Numbered from the stretch's first letter, positions 1-12,605 are shown. The stretch: DNA of 64,000 bases from the human T2T-CHM13v2.0 reference genome, Homo sapiens (GCF_009914755.1 NC_060929.1); one strand, 5' to 3'. Notes: generated from the sequence alone by a model not told the origin. Program-made: numbers and translations.

Positions 1-800
1 AGTATAGCATCAAAGAGATAAAGGACCCAAGCTAGAAATAAGCTTTACCCAACAAACAGAAAGAAGTTTGATCAACTGCTTTGAGGAATAAAGCAGCTTA
101 ATGAGCTTATGAAGCTCATTAAGTCAACAAGGTCAGAGCCCAAATAAATGACATGAGAAATAGGAAATTTAAGAAAAAAATATTAAGAGTGAAAAGACCA
201 TAACTGAACTCATAAAAAAGTTAGTAACACCAAAGGACAGAGGGTTAGTAACATAGGAACAAGGTTTGAGATAACTATGGGGGATCACAATTATTTTTTT
301 GAAAAGAAGAAAAAGTGAGATAGAGATGTATTAAGAAATAAAGATGATTAATCTTCTTGAGGAATAAACCTCAACAACTAAAAATAACAAAAAATCACTA
401 ACACAACAATAAAACTAAGATTTACCAGAAAAAAAGAAGATACTATTTGTGTTCTAGAGCACTTTGAGTTTTAGGTAACATGCAGGTGCCCTGTAAATCT
501 TCAAAAATATGGAAAGAATACTTCAGATAATGGAGCAGAGGGCAAGTCACTTACAAAGTTGGAGGTTTTAGATTGGCATTAGACTTCTCTGCAGTAACAT
601 TCAATGCTAAGATTACAAAATTCAAAGAAAAAAGTATAAACCAAAAGATGCAATTGTTTTCAGATAAGAAACCATTGTAAACTATAAAATTCCAATTCTT
701 GGAGCAAGTGTTATTGAGGATTACTTGTATCCAATTAAGAAGTTAATCAGCGCATATACTTTCCAAAGTAGAGAAATCATAAACACAAAAACAGGTCCAT
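1..800 (+). mobile_element. Highly decayed L1M/HAL1 ORF1-region fragment
   Basis: A-rich sense strand; 'caagtcacttacaaag...gattggcattagacttctctgcagtaacattcaatgctaag' resembles old L1 ORF1. Boundaries approximate. Confidence 0.5.
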
Positions 801-1852
801 TCAAATATAGAACAAATATTTTTATATTTAGTGTGTAACAGTTAGATAAATTATAAAGTAACAAACTTTAACAGATTAAAATAGTGGTCTATATTTCAAG
901 TACATGTATTAGAATGGAAGAGAGAGAGCCAATGGCCTATCCTTTATTGAAAATATTCAGTAAAAATTGTTTAAGAAAATATGTAGTTAAAAAATATGTG
1001 TTCCACCTGTTAATGTCTTCCATAATGTTTGTATAATCTTACAGTTTTTGAAGATATATATTGTGTAAAATACAGTTTTTCAAACTTTGAATGTTTTCAG
1101 CTATACCTTAATTTCATGTTTTCTGATATTTCATGTAAAAAATAATACTATTGTATATTTTAATTAGATCATATGCAGAATGCAATCCATTTTTATAAAA
1201 GTATGTATGCTTTTTTACTCATCATGCTTGGATAACTATCTGGAATCACTTTTACCTAAAAATAATGATGTATGTAGTTGAAAAATGATATGTGTGATCC
1301 TTTATTATTTTTTTCTGTGCTTATTAGCATTGGATAAAATTTTCAGTAACAGTTTTGACATTTTGCAAAAATTATAAGTGTAGTTGTTATTTTATAATAT
1401 GAATTATATGGTAGTAATACTATTATTATGTTAAAAATAGGTAACTTAAAAAGAGAATAAAAATTTCCATCCACTCCAGTGAATATGTCCAAATTTGGAG
1501 AGCATAAATTATGGATTTATAGATGATGATAGTTTACAACAGCAACTGTAATTTAATAAAATAAATGAACAATTTGCAAACAGAATATAGTGTTCCCAGA
1601 TTAAAGCATGTAGTTAAAAATGAGATAATTTAGCTTAACAGTGTTGAAGGGTGTCAACAATACTGTAAGCACTAATACCTGTGTGAACTAATGCCTATGC
1701 ATGCATATGAATACAAATTATACACACAAACACCTTGAAAGATGTAATATTTTCTGCTAAGTATATTTGAAATATTAAACTTCAATTTTAGATTATCGTG
1801 TAAAACTTGCCAATGCTGTTCATCTCTTCTCATTTATCATTTCATAATAGGG

Positions 1853-2162
1853 TTTTGTTTTTGTTGTTGTTGTTGTTTGTTTTGAGACGAATTCTCTCTC
1901 TATTGCCCAGGCTGGAGTGCAGTGTCATGATCTTGGCTCATTGCAACCTCCACCTTCCAGGTTCAGAGATACTCCTGCCTCAGCCTCCCGAGTAGCTGAG
2001 ACTGCAAGTGTGCTCCCATGCCCAGCTAAGTTTTGTATTTTTGCAGAGACAGGGATTAGCCATGTTGGCCAGGCTGGTTTTGAACTCCTGATCTGAGGTG
2101 ATCTGCCTGCCTCGACCTCCCAAAGTGCTGGGATTCCAGGAATGAGCCACTGCACCTAGCCC
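1853..2162 (-). mobile_element. Full-length Alu (AluS-like)
   Basis: (TTG)n tail, both arms in reverse; degenerate TSD ataatagggtt / ataacagtgtt. Confidence 0.95.
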
Positions 2163-2189
2163 ATAACAGTGTTAAAAAATTGAATTTTT

Positions 2190-2490
2190 GGCTGGGTACC
2201 GTGGCTCATGCCTGTAATCCCAGCACTTTGGGAAGCAGAGGCAGGTGGATCACTTGAGTTCCGGAGTTCAAGAACAGCCTGGCCAACATGGCGAAACCTC
2301 GTCTCTACTAAAAAATACAAAAATTAGCCAGACGTGGTAGCAGGTGCCTGTAATCCCAGCTATTCAGAAGGCAGAGGCAGGAAGAATTACTTGAACCCGG
2401 GAGGCGGAAGTTGCAGTGAGCCAAGATCACGCCACTGCACTGCAGCTTGGGTGAGAAAGCGAGACTCTGTCTTGGAACAACAACAACAAA
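2190..2490 (+). mobile_element. Full-length Alu (AluS-like)
   Basis: ggctgggtaccgtggctca start, (AAC)n tail; TSD aaaaattgaattttt (2175-2189) / aaaaatgaattttt (2488-2501). Confidence 0.95.
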
Positions 2491-3592
2491 AATGAATTTT
2501 TATACCACTGATGTTTAGAATAGTGGTCAGTTAATCAGTACTTCCCCGCCACCCTCCCCTGCCAAATATTTTACACTACTTGGGCACAAGGAAAAGCCAA
2601 GAGTTAGAAAGACAAAGGCCTGGTAAATACAAGAACACTGAAATATTTCATCTAGGACACAATTAGAGTATTTTGTATTTTTTGCTGGCACATAGTAATT
2701 GTATACATTTACACGGTATATGTGATATTTTGATACATGAATAGAATGTGTAATGAACAAATTAGGGCATTTAGTCTATCTATCGCCTCAAATATTTACC
2801 ATTTTTTTTGTGTGTGTGCTGGGAACATTTCAAACCTTCTCTTCTAGCTATTTTAAAATATAAAATAAATTATTGTTAACTATAGTCACATTACGGTGCT
2901 ACCGAACACTAGAACTTATACTTTCTATGTACCTGCCTGTTTGTACCCATTAACAAGTTTCTCTTCATCCCCGCGCCCAATCACACACCCTTCCCACCTT
3001 CTGGTAACCATCACTCGACTCTCTACGTCCATGAGACCAAATTCTTTAGCTCTCACATGAGTGAGAACAGGTGATATTTGTCTTTCTGGGCCTGGCTCAT
3101 TTCATTTAACATAATGACTTCCAGTCCCCCCCATGTTGTTGCAAGTGTAAAATTTCTTTGCTTTTTATGGCTTAATAATCATTCTTTATACATATGTACT
3201 GCATTTTATTTATCCATTCATCTGTTGACAGACATTTTGTTATTCCGTATTTTGGATATTGTAAATAGTGCTGTAATAAACATAAGAGTGCAGATATCCC
3301 TTTTATATATGAATTTCCTTTGCTTTGAATAAATACCCAGTAGTGAATTCCTGGATCATATGGTAGTACCATTTTTACTTTTTTTGAGAAACCTTTATAC
3401 CGTTCTCCATAATGGTTGTACTAGTTCACATTCTCACCAACAGTGTGTAAGAGTTCCCTTTTCTTCACAACCGTGCCAGCTTTTATCTTTTGTCTTTTTG
3501 GTAATTGCCATTCTAACTAGAGTGATATCCTGGTTTGGTTTACATTTCCCTGATGATTAGTGTTGTTGGCAATTTTAAAATAGACTTGTTGG

Positions 3593-3889
3593 GGCTGGGC
3601 ACGGTGGCTCACACCCGTAATCCCAGCGCTTTGGGAGGCTGAGGTGGGTGGATCACTTGAGGTCAGGAGTTTGAGACCAGTCTGGCCAACATGGTGAAAC
3701 ACTACCTCTACTAAAAATACAAAATTTAGCTGAGTGTGGTGGTGGGTGCCTTTAATCCCAGCTACTCAGGAGGCTGAGGCAGGAAATCGCTTGAACCTGG
3801 GAGGTGAAGGTTGCAGCGAGCCAAAATCATGCCACTGCACTCCAGCCTGGGTTACAGAGTGAGACTCCCTCTCAAAGAGAAAAAAAAAA
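3593..3889 (+). mobile_element. Full-length Alu (AluSx-like) nested in L1MA
   Basis: Both arms and A-tail visible. Confidence 0.95.
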
Positions 3890-3890
3890 G

Positions 3891-3928
<38 letters not shown>
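3891..3928. repeat. (TA)n(CA)n microsatellite
   Basis: Directly visible after the Alu tail. Confidence 0.95.
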
Positions 3929-3930
<2 letters not shown>

Positions 3931-5418
3931 CTTGTTGTCCCTTTGTATGTCTTCTTTTGAGAAATGTCTGTCTAGATATTTTTCCTAGTTTATATTTGGA
4001 TTATTTGGTTTTCTTTGTGCTGAGTTCTTTGGGTTTCTTATATATTCCGGATGTTAGTCCCTTGTCAGATGAATAATTTGCAAACATTTTCTTCCATTCC
4101 TCAGGTTGTCTCTTTACCCTATTGATTATTTCTTTTCCTGTGCAGAAGGTTTTTTGAGTTTAACATAGTTCCATTTATCTATTTTTTTCTTGTTACCTGT
4201 GCTTTTGTATTTTTAATTTTTTAATTTTATTTGTAATTATGCACATGCTCTGCAACTATAACTTCTAACAACACTACTGAACGTATATCCTAGGGGGAAT
4301 GGTAGGGAGAGGCTGAAGCTGACAATGTAGATTTACCCACCTACGTTAGGCTCACAAGACAACCATAAACTCTCAGAATGTCAATGACCATAGTTCCCTC
4401 TTCATAATAACATGAAATGAGCATGAGACTTGGAAATTTTTTCAAGGCTAGCAACACATTTAATTATAGAATTCACATCTCTGTAAAGGTGGTTTATCTT
4501 TATGCACAAAAGTTAATCCTACAAATAAGATCCTAGAGGTTTTCTCTTTATGCATATGTGAATACAGATTGGAACAAAACTAATTCTTCCACAAGTTTAA
4601 GCAGAAAATAGGTCCAGATTGATAAAATTGCTCATAAAAATATAAATAAGAAAAATAAGCCTCTGAAATAAACCGAAACTTGAAAAAGCAAAAAATAAAA
4701 AATAAAAATAAATACAAACATTGCATATAAGAGCAGAGAAAAACCTGGTTTATGTAAAGAATCTGAGGAGTCATGCAATCATAAATCAAAAGACCCTTTC
4801 TTCTTGTACTTTCTCATCTTCCTTTTATTCTTTCTTCTAACCCCACTGTCAAGGCTTACTGTCAGATACTGTAGTGACACACCAAACAAGACACCATTCT
4901 CCTTCACTAAGTTTGACAAGATCATCTCCTTCATCCTGAGGATCAATTAACCAAGTTTCTAAGGTCTTTTCAGGTCATTGGACAAGGAGATTCTGAAGTA
5001 GTCTACATTATCTTTTATTAAAAGTACAAGTCTTAATAACTCACTTGGGGCTGTCTGTGGTGACAGGGACCTACTAGAGCCAATCATAGTTGCTGGGCAC
5101 AACTCAGCAAGTGGGGTCTCCAGTGAGTTTTGGTCCCATCACTGGACAACAGTAGCAGCTAGGAAATTGTGTTCCAGGTTTTGTTAGAGCCCCTTTGTTG
5201 AATCTCTAGTCAGACCTGCCTAGCAAGCTCCTTGACTATCAGAGATGCAAAGGACTGGCTGTGCAGGAAGTCTTGTCTAGGAAAGGCAGCTGTCCTGAGA
5301 AAGAACCTTCAGGTAAAGCCTTCGTATATGCCTATGATCTAGGTCAGAAAGATCACAAACAGATTCTGGCCAGAAGCAATACCTTTCAACAATTATTTAA
5401 TTTTTGCACATCGCAGAC

Positions 5419-5545
5419 ATTTTTAAAATCGAGGTGCAAATACAGTCCATAAAATATGGTAGTCTTAGTGCATTGTCCAATTGTTTATATATAATTATGC
5501 AATCACTGACTAAATCACGATTTAGAACATTCTTGCCACCCACAA
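5419..5545 (-). mobile_element. Short old L1MB/MC-type 3' end fragment
   Basis: 'ttttaaaatcgaggtgcaaatacag...tttagaacattcttgccaccc' resembles reversed L1M 3' termini. Confidence 0.55.
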
Positions 5546-5548
5546 CAG

Positions 5549-5596
5549 TATTTATTTATTTATTTATTTTATTTTTATTTTTTTGAAATGGAGTCT
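5549..5596 (-). mobile_element. Alu tail remnant: (TTTA)n plus 12 nt of Alu
   Basis: (tttat)n-tttt then gaaatggagtct, the reversed Alu 3' terminus, then an abrupt stop. Confidence 0.75.
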
Positions 5597-5759
5597 AAAA
5601 CCTAAAAACCAAAAAAATAGAGAAAGATTTCACTGTTATGTTTAATTGTAACAAAATAATCTGTATATCAGAATGCAGGAATCACAAAATATTTGTTTCA
5701 TTTATTTGTCTATAAGAAAATCATTTTAGTACCAGTGAAATGATACATGAAATATGTTT

Positions 5760-6150
5760 AAAATATATTATTGCCTGAAGGTAAAGTATCTGTTACATAA
5801 GGATATCACACAAGTTAATAACTAGGACCTTGCCAAATCTAAAATGGAAATTAGTAAACAATTTACATAGGAAGTTCACCAAAGAGGACACAGAAAATAT
5901 TAAAATTTGTTTAAACTTATTCATCATAAGTAATGTATAAATTTAATTGACAGATGCCATTTTTCATCTGTCATAATGGCAAAGATAAAAACTGCTGATA
6001 AGATATTGCAATGTTATGCTATGTAAGATATACCAATCCAGTCAACTTCACATGTGCATGTATAACTTTGACAACTATTGTTGCCAATTTACCAGTGAAA
6101 ATCAGAACTACAAAGCCTGATGGCATAGTGTGTTTGCTTAAATCCTTATA
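5760..6150 (+). mobile_element. Decayed L1ME-type ORF2 C-terminal fragment
   Basis: 'aagttcaccaaagaggacacag...gatgccatttttcatctgtcataatggcaaagataaaaa' resembles old L1 3' sequence. Confidence 0.55.
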
Positions 6151-6299
6151 GAGATGAATTGAAGTGTTTTTTTTCTTGTTGTATACAAAAACGTGTGTTT
6201 TGCCATGCACACACATGAAATTTTATTATATATAATTTGATCCGTAGGTGTTCAATTACATTATCTTCTTTGTAACAATTCTTGACATTTGTTTTCCAT

Positions 6300-7200
6300 C
6301 ATACTCCCACAATGAAATAAAATCAGTTCTCAAAGGGGCTTTTTTTTCTGTAATATCTACTTATCTGCTTTTATCACTTGGTCAGCCCTTCGTCTAGTAA
6401 TGTCTTTGAGAGGAATTCTCAAGCTTAAGTTCTCTCTGCTTCTATGGAGAATTTTGTAGCCATCCTGATTCTTCCCAATAACCATGATTAGATGTTTATA
6501 CTTATAAGCTCAAAGGATTTTTTTTTATTTTCAAAGTCCATTTATTTTTAATATGAGGTAATTTTGAGTATTCCAAACCCACACCTTTGGCAATTTATGC
6601 TGGTAAACAATGTTCCCTTTTCTCTGTAGATGCGAGTTTCTTTTACTTTTGGATGTTTTACTTTCATTATAACAAAAAATATTCTGTTCTATTCAATTTG
6701 CTCTTTTTGGCCCTTCACATGCCATATTATAAATATACTGCAGTTGTATCTAGCTTTCTGTCTGCCTGTGTATGTATCTATGTATCTACATTTATGTAAA
6801 TATGTCTATAGATATTTTTTGATTCTAATATTTTTTTAAAAGTCTGTTCATTTTCACTTCATTTTCTTGGTGTTCGTAAGCCAATATTCTATGCTTCTAA
6901 TGTTTATGGCCCTACTTCCCTTTTTCATCATTTACAGTGTGATAATTTAAGTTTTCCTTGTAATTTCTTCTTAAATTCTGCCAGTTCACAGTCCTCTCCT
7001 CCTGATGCTTGACAGTTTTTCTTTGAGCTTTTGTATATCTCATTTCAGCTCTCAGCCACACTGTCTTTTGTTTGCTTAGAAAGTTTCTTTAATCTACTAT
7101 TTTTGTTTTCTATTTATTTCTTCTTATGTTCTTCTAGTTTTTGTGTGTGCTGTTCAAGTTAATTTTTAACTATAATTCATCGTTTAATGATATGAGTTCT
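6300..7200 (-). mobile_element. Decayed HAL1/L1M ORF1-region fragment
   Basis: T-rich strand with scattered motifs resembling reversed HAL1/L1 ORF1. Confidence 0.4.
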
Positions 7201-8442
7201 TTTCTGACCAGCTATTGCAGAAAACATGTGATGTGTAGAGAAGGCAGTATTCAAGGTGAAAATGCTCATATGTTTGAACGATTTATTTTACCTCTTTATT
7301 TTCTTCAAGTCAAGAGTTTTCCAATTGTAGAGATGTTCTCAACTTAGAAACTTCCTAAATAATAGACTTGCAGGAATTTATGTATTTCCTCATTCAGCTG
7401 CACTACCCCTTCTTCTCTGTTTTATCAACAAAGAGTCCATGACCTGTCACCACTAGCCCTTATGTCATCACTTTTGTGTTAAAGACAGTTTTTTGTTTGT
7501 TTATTTGTTTCCCTCTCAGTTTATGCCACTTGTTTGGAGAATTGTTCTCTTCTGGCTTGGCCCGAGATTTGTTCTTGAAATCATCCACTTTAGTCATCTT
7601 TCTGAAATCTTACTGGTTACCAAAGACATTCTGTAGCTCTTCCTCATGTGTAGTGGTATAGAATCTCCTGCTCTTGTTGGAAGCTTAAGTTTTTGTTTCC
7701 TATTTCTGGTTACCATTGCATTATTTTTTTGACATATAAAATATAAAAGAGTCATCTCTCTGGTCCCATTTATAAAATAAAACCCTTTTAATGTTTATCT
7801 GAAGGCTCACAGCTACAACATTAGTGCAAATCCAACTGCATTGACTTGCCTCAAAATACGTCACCAGAACTAGCATATGTCCCAGTACAATTTTATGTTG
7901 TATTCAAGTTTTTATGCATTATAGGCACATTTTGTATTATCACATGTCCTTGGTGTAGTTAACAGAAGGTCATATCTATTTGAATTTTATTGACATTGAT
8001 GCACCATTTGTAAACTGTAAAATTTAGAGGCTTCTAGGTTTGGTGCATCTTAAATTTCATGCAAGTCTGAAGGTTGCATGAATACCTATTTTGCTGATGA
8101 ATAAATTTTGGGGGAGGTAAGCCATCCCAATTGCTTGATGCTTATGAGACTATGTAATCTCATAGTGATACCCTTCAGAGAAGTGCTCTGAGGAATTCAT
8201 TGTGATAAAAATATGAATTGACCGTGTAATATACAAATTCACCATAGTTTCATTTGAGACTTTCATAAAAGCTATACATGTTCCATCCACAGGCTAAATT
8301 AAATGTATAAATCATTTATACAACAGTGTTTTATGTCTGAATTCATAGGATTTCTAAGTGCCTAGAATACTAATCACAGGAAAGGGATTCTTATATCTTA
8401 GATTTTGATGTCTTACATGAAAACATATATACAGGCTTAAAA

Positions 8443-8479
8443 TGCACATCTACCCTAGAACTTAAAGTATAATAAAAAA
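8443..8479 (+). mobile_element. Ultra-short L1PA 3' tip
   Basis: tgcacatctaccctagaacttaaagtataataaaaaa matches the L1PA 3' terminus. Confidence 0.8.
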
Positions 8480-9424
8480 GAAATATAATTCTTAATTACC
8501 ATGGAATATAACAATAGACATTAATTACATTCTGGTTCAATGGGTGAGATTAAGTGGGATCTGCCTTATTTACCTACATGCACGGCTTTCAACTTTATAG
8601 GTTAAACAGACTCGCCTTATTTTTAATAAGGTGGAATAATTTTAGGCCTCAGAAAATGTCATTTTGAAAGTTACCATAAAATGGCATAGTTCCTAAGCAA
8701 TTGATATTTCTAGCAAAATATCTGTGTTAAAGTCACATATCAAAAAATGTGTCCAGAAAATGCAACCTTTAAGAAATAATTAAGTTCTAGAAAGTAAGAA
8801 GTTTAGAAATAGAGTGATGTTCAAGTATTTAAAATTAAAAGTAAATTTATCCTATTCTAATTCCATCTGTTCTTTTATTTTCTTAATATTTACCCTCATG
8901 TCACTATATCATGGAGTGTTAATTGTCTCATTATTACAATGGAATCTGTATCATTCACTCTTGTCTTTATACTGCTCACAAGTAACAAAGACTATTATAC
9001 CTTAATGTATTATACAGAATTTGAGTTTGAGAGCAAATAATAAATTTATCTATGATAGCCCTGGGCTAAACATTACATTTTTGTTACCATCCAGACAGTT
9101 CATCTTTTTTACCTAAACAGGAATAGGATTGAGACACTATTTTATTCCCTCTCAAAGCCTAAAATAAATCAAAACTAATAAATAAGTAAGTAACTGATTA
9201 AATAAATAAAACAGTAAAAACCATGTTTCTTGTTTCTAAGGAGGATTGAGCTCCACAAAGTCATAATCTAAAGCACAAAACCATTCTGTCTCCAACAGTG
9301 CATCCTCTTGTTCTGAGTGAACATATTTGCATATGGATGTGTATTTATGTGAGCACAAAGGGGCTTCACCTAGGGCCTATACCTCTGAAATTATGGTTTT
9401 TATTATTACCATTATTATTAATGC

Positions 9425-9985
9425 CTTATTTTGAAATAACTTTACACTTAATTAAAAGCTTCAAAATAGTACTGAGTATCCCCATCTACTCTTCACACAC
9501 AATCACTAAACGTAATTGTTTTCCACATTTGCTTTTTAAATAATGTATCTTTTTCTTAAATGTTGAAATATTCCAGAATAAGTAACAGACATGATATCTC
9601 ATTATCTCTAAATGTGTCAATACTGATAGCCTAACAATACGGAAATTCTCTTACATCAATAAAATGTAATTCTAAAAGTCAGGATATTCATATTAATATA
9701 GTATTCTTTCTTTTACATATAGTCAAATGTCATTGTTTACTTATTTATTTGATAGCAAAAGAAAAAAATTCATGTATAGAATTCAATTCATGAACACATG
9801 TTGTCATTTGTTTTTACTTAATCTGGATACAATCTTAATCATTGTATACATTTGTTTTTAACTTAATCTGGATACAATCTTAATCATTGTATACAGTTGT
9901 CATTTGTTTTTAACTTAATCTGGAAAGACCTTTCAGTCTTCCTTTGTACTTCATAATCTTGGTATTTTCTACGAGTTCAGGCCAA
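9425..9985 (-). mobile_element. L1MC-type 3' end
   Basis: 'ttattttgaaataactttacacttaattaaaagcttcaaaatagtac...aaattctcttacat' resembles reversed L1MC4/5 3' ends. Confidence 0.65.
9800..9924. repeat. Tandem repeat, 45-51 bp unit, about 2.5 copies
   Basis: tttgttttta(a)cttaatctggatacaatcttaatcattgtataca at 9800-9850 and 9851-9895, partial third copy 9896-9924. Confidence 0.9.
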
Positions 9986-10039
9986 TAAGAAGTTGATCAA
10001 GGAATGAATGGGTGGTATGTGAAATGAAAACAGGAGTTG

Positions 10040-10640
10040 GCCTGAAGTACTCCCATTAGCCAAACTGAGGGGTATTTGAACATCAAGCAAATAATAACAA
10101 CAGTGATAGATTATAACCTATAAATAAAAATCAGAATCCAAGAGTTCATACTGATGTAAATAAAATGAATAAACAAATGTCATAGAATGGAAAGTTTCTT
10201 TTTATAGTATAATTTCTGCCTGAAAATGCAGAAGCAATGATGAAAATAGGACATCACAATTTGACAACTACAATAGTTACAATACATGCTTGCAAAAGTC
10301 ATCAATGTCTGCTGAAATCATCAAGAATGTGATGAAAAATAAGATATTTACATAGTCCCAAATTATTTCCTGCAGATCCTTATTGGTGCAAAAGAATAAA
10401 ACAACAATTTTGTAATGGAAAATCTTAACAGACACCACCTTAACCAGGAGATAAACACTATCACCAACAATGAGATGTCAAATGTTTTAAAATAACGCAC
10501 TGAGAACGATGCAGCGGCAGTTTCATGATATTCTGGATAGACATATATAACAAAAATTTAATAATGAAAACACATAAGACAGAGTCATATTAAGGAACAT
10601 TCTTCAAAATAACTAGTGTACACTCTGCAAAATAGTCTTA
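10040..10640 (+). mobile_element. L1MC-type 3' region fragment
   Basis: 'agacaccaccttaaccagg...' and 'gaacattcttcaaaataactag...cactctgcaaaa' motifs typical of L1MC/ME 3' regions. Confidence 0.6.
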
Positions 10641-10975
10641 TTTTTTAAAAAATCATTGGTTTTGTTTGTTTTGCCCTTTTCCCATGGTGGAACACATCTT
10701 TATTCCTGGTTCTTCACTGTTATTTTTCCCTTCTCATTATATGTGTTATACAGAATTGCTACACATAGCATGATGCACTCTAGATGTCACTACGTGAAAC
10801 TGCATAATAGACCCCAATTTCAGCTCAGTTCAAAAGGTATTTACTGTGTGAACACCTTAGTTACAGACAATTTATCTTTCCCTTATCCATGTAACAAAAA
10901 CTCTCTCTTTGGCCTATCCATTACATTCTGCCTTATAATATTATGACAATAATGATTCATCTCCCTTAATAGATT

Positions 10976-11127
10976 CCTCCTGCACCAGCCATGTGAAGTG
11001 TCATCTCTGCTTCCCCTTCAACTTCCGCCACGATTGTAAGTCCCCTGAGGTGTCCCAAGAAGTCAAGCAGAGGCCAACATCATGCTTCCTGTACAGCCTG
11101 TGGAAGTGTGAGTCAAACCACTTTTCT
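10976..11127 (+). mobile_element. MSTA-like MaLR LTR internal fragment
   Basis: 'gccatgtgaag...ttccgccacgattgtaagtcccctgagg...catgcttcctgtacagcctg'. Confidence 0.85.
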
Positions 11128-11210
11128 AAGGGGTTCATCCGTGGCTCACCCATCTTTGTATTCCTAGTGCGAATAGATGGTAAATAAATTGAATTTTAAA
11201 TCAATGCCAT

Positions 11211-11455
11211 TTTATTATTATTATTATTACACTTTAAGTTTTAGGGTACATGTGCACAATGTGCAGGTTTGTTACATATGTATACATGTGCCATGTTGGT
11301 GTGCTGCACCCATTAACTCGTCATTTAACATTAGGTATATCTCCTAATGCTATCCCTCCCCCCTCCCCCAACCCCACAACAGTCCCCGTTAGTACACAAC
11401 AGAAGAGAAAGTGTCAAGACTTAAAAATATGGCACTGATAGGTGGGAATTGAGCA
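11211..11455 (-). mobile_element. Short L1PA (PA3/PA4-like) 3' end insertion with a complex 5' junction
   Basis: (TTA)n tail and ~160 bp L1PA 3'UTR in reverse to 11388; TSD aatcaatgccat (11199-11210) / aatcagtgccat (11455-11466). Confidence 0.92.
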
Positions 11456-11506
11456 ATCAGTGCCATATTTTTAAGTCTTGACACTTTCTCTTCTGTTGTG
11501 TACTAA
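11389..11506. repeat. Perfect inverted repeat, 51-bp arms, 16-nt spacer
   Basis: 11389-11439 is the exact reverse complement of 11456-11506 (checked base by base). Confidence 0.97.
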
Positions 11507-12605
11507 GGCAGGCCATGGGTCTTCTCATCATTTTTAGGGTCAGTTCATGTTTCCATATTCTCTCAACTGCACTCAAAAGATTTACCTGCAGATCTAATTA
11601 TTTCATCCCCGTAGCTGTAAACTAAGTTTTCTAAGGGAAATTTATGTGTATTTGTCTTAGCATTGATCATAAAGGCAGATATGCAAATATAGGTCAAAGA
11701 GGCATTCAAAGTTGGCCTCCCTGGAAGAGCTCAAGGTAATTCTTACAATAAATAATGTGTTACATGTAATATTTTAAAATTGAATGCAAAAGCAAACTGT
11801 TTTTAAAAAGATAAAGAGCCTCACCTTTTACAAAGTTCCCCTAGAACATGCATGAGATTGCAATCTCTTTAGACTTTCTTCTCTTAAAGTGAAACATTTT
11901 TTTATCATGTGATTTTTCACTCTATTAACCAGTGATCAGATCAATTATGTACCCAACCATTTTTTTTTTTCCTGTTTGCAGGAAGAAGAAATTGATTCAC
12001 TATTCTGTCTGGTTTGAAAAAAAGTCTAAAATAATTTTATATTTGGGAGTTTATTTTATTGCGCATTTTTCAATAAGAAAATGCATAATTAGGAGGAAAA
12101 TGTGCTAACATAGATTCTCATGTAATTGTCCATATGAAAGACTGATAATTAAGCCCAGTACTGGTTACAGCTCACCTCTTCCAAAACCAACTCCCTAATA
12201 GAAAAGAGGCAATTTCTTAGGTACTGGTTTTATACTTTAAGATAATAAACCTAGGTTCTAATTATTTCAGTGCCTCTGAGTAGTCTATAATGGGCATTAA
12301 ACTCATTAAATGCATTCACATGTTTTGTTGGTTGAAATTATCTTCCCTTATCCTCCCCACAGGTGTAAGTAACAAAATGAAGCATCTAGAAGTTCAAAAT
12401 TATTCTGATTTTTAAAATCAAAATTAAACAATTAGAATAAAACAAGTAGTATTTTACAGAGATAAGTAAGTATGGTTATGCAGGGGTTACATAAAATTAG
12501 AAAAATAATATAATAATATTTATTGATGAATTGAATTGTGTATGACATGGCTAACACAATATCCATACAAACGATTTTCAACCTTGTATGTCCTATTGAA
12601 TTCAA

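Larger units (their letters stand above)
2683..4202 (-). mobile_element. 5'-truncated L1MA-type 3' end, interrupted by an Alu
   Basis: L1MA 3'UTR and ORF2 C-terminal sequence in reverse; candidate TSD ttttgtattttt at 2671-2682 and 4203-4214, followed by aa (TTTT/AA site). Confidence 0.85.

Noticed and set aside
4215-5400. Possible processed pseudogene (T-rich start with reversed AATAAA)
   Set aside because: The T-rich tract is explained by the L1MA target site; no coding similarity or bracketing TSD seen. The region remains unassigned.
7648-7675. gtgtagtggtatagaat tRNA A-box-like motif
   Set aside because: No B-box or cloverleaf follows.
9800-9924. CRISPR-like array
   Set aside because: Tandem units without unique spacers, in eukaryotic DNA with no cas genes.
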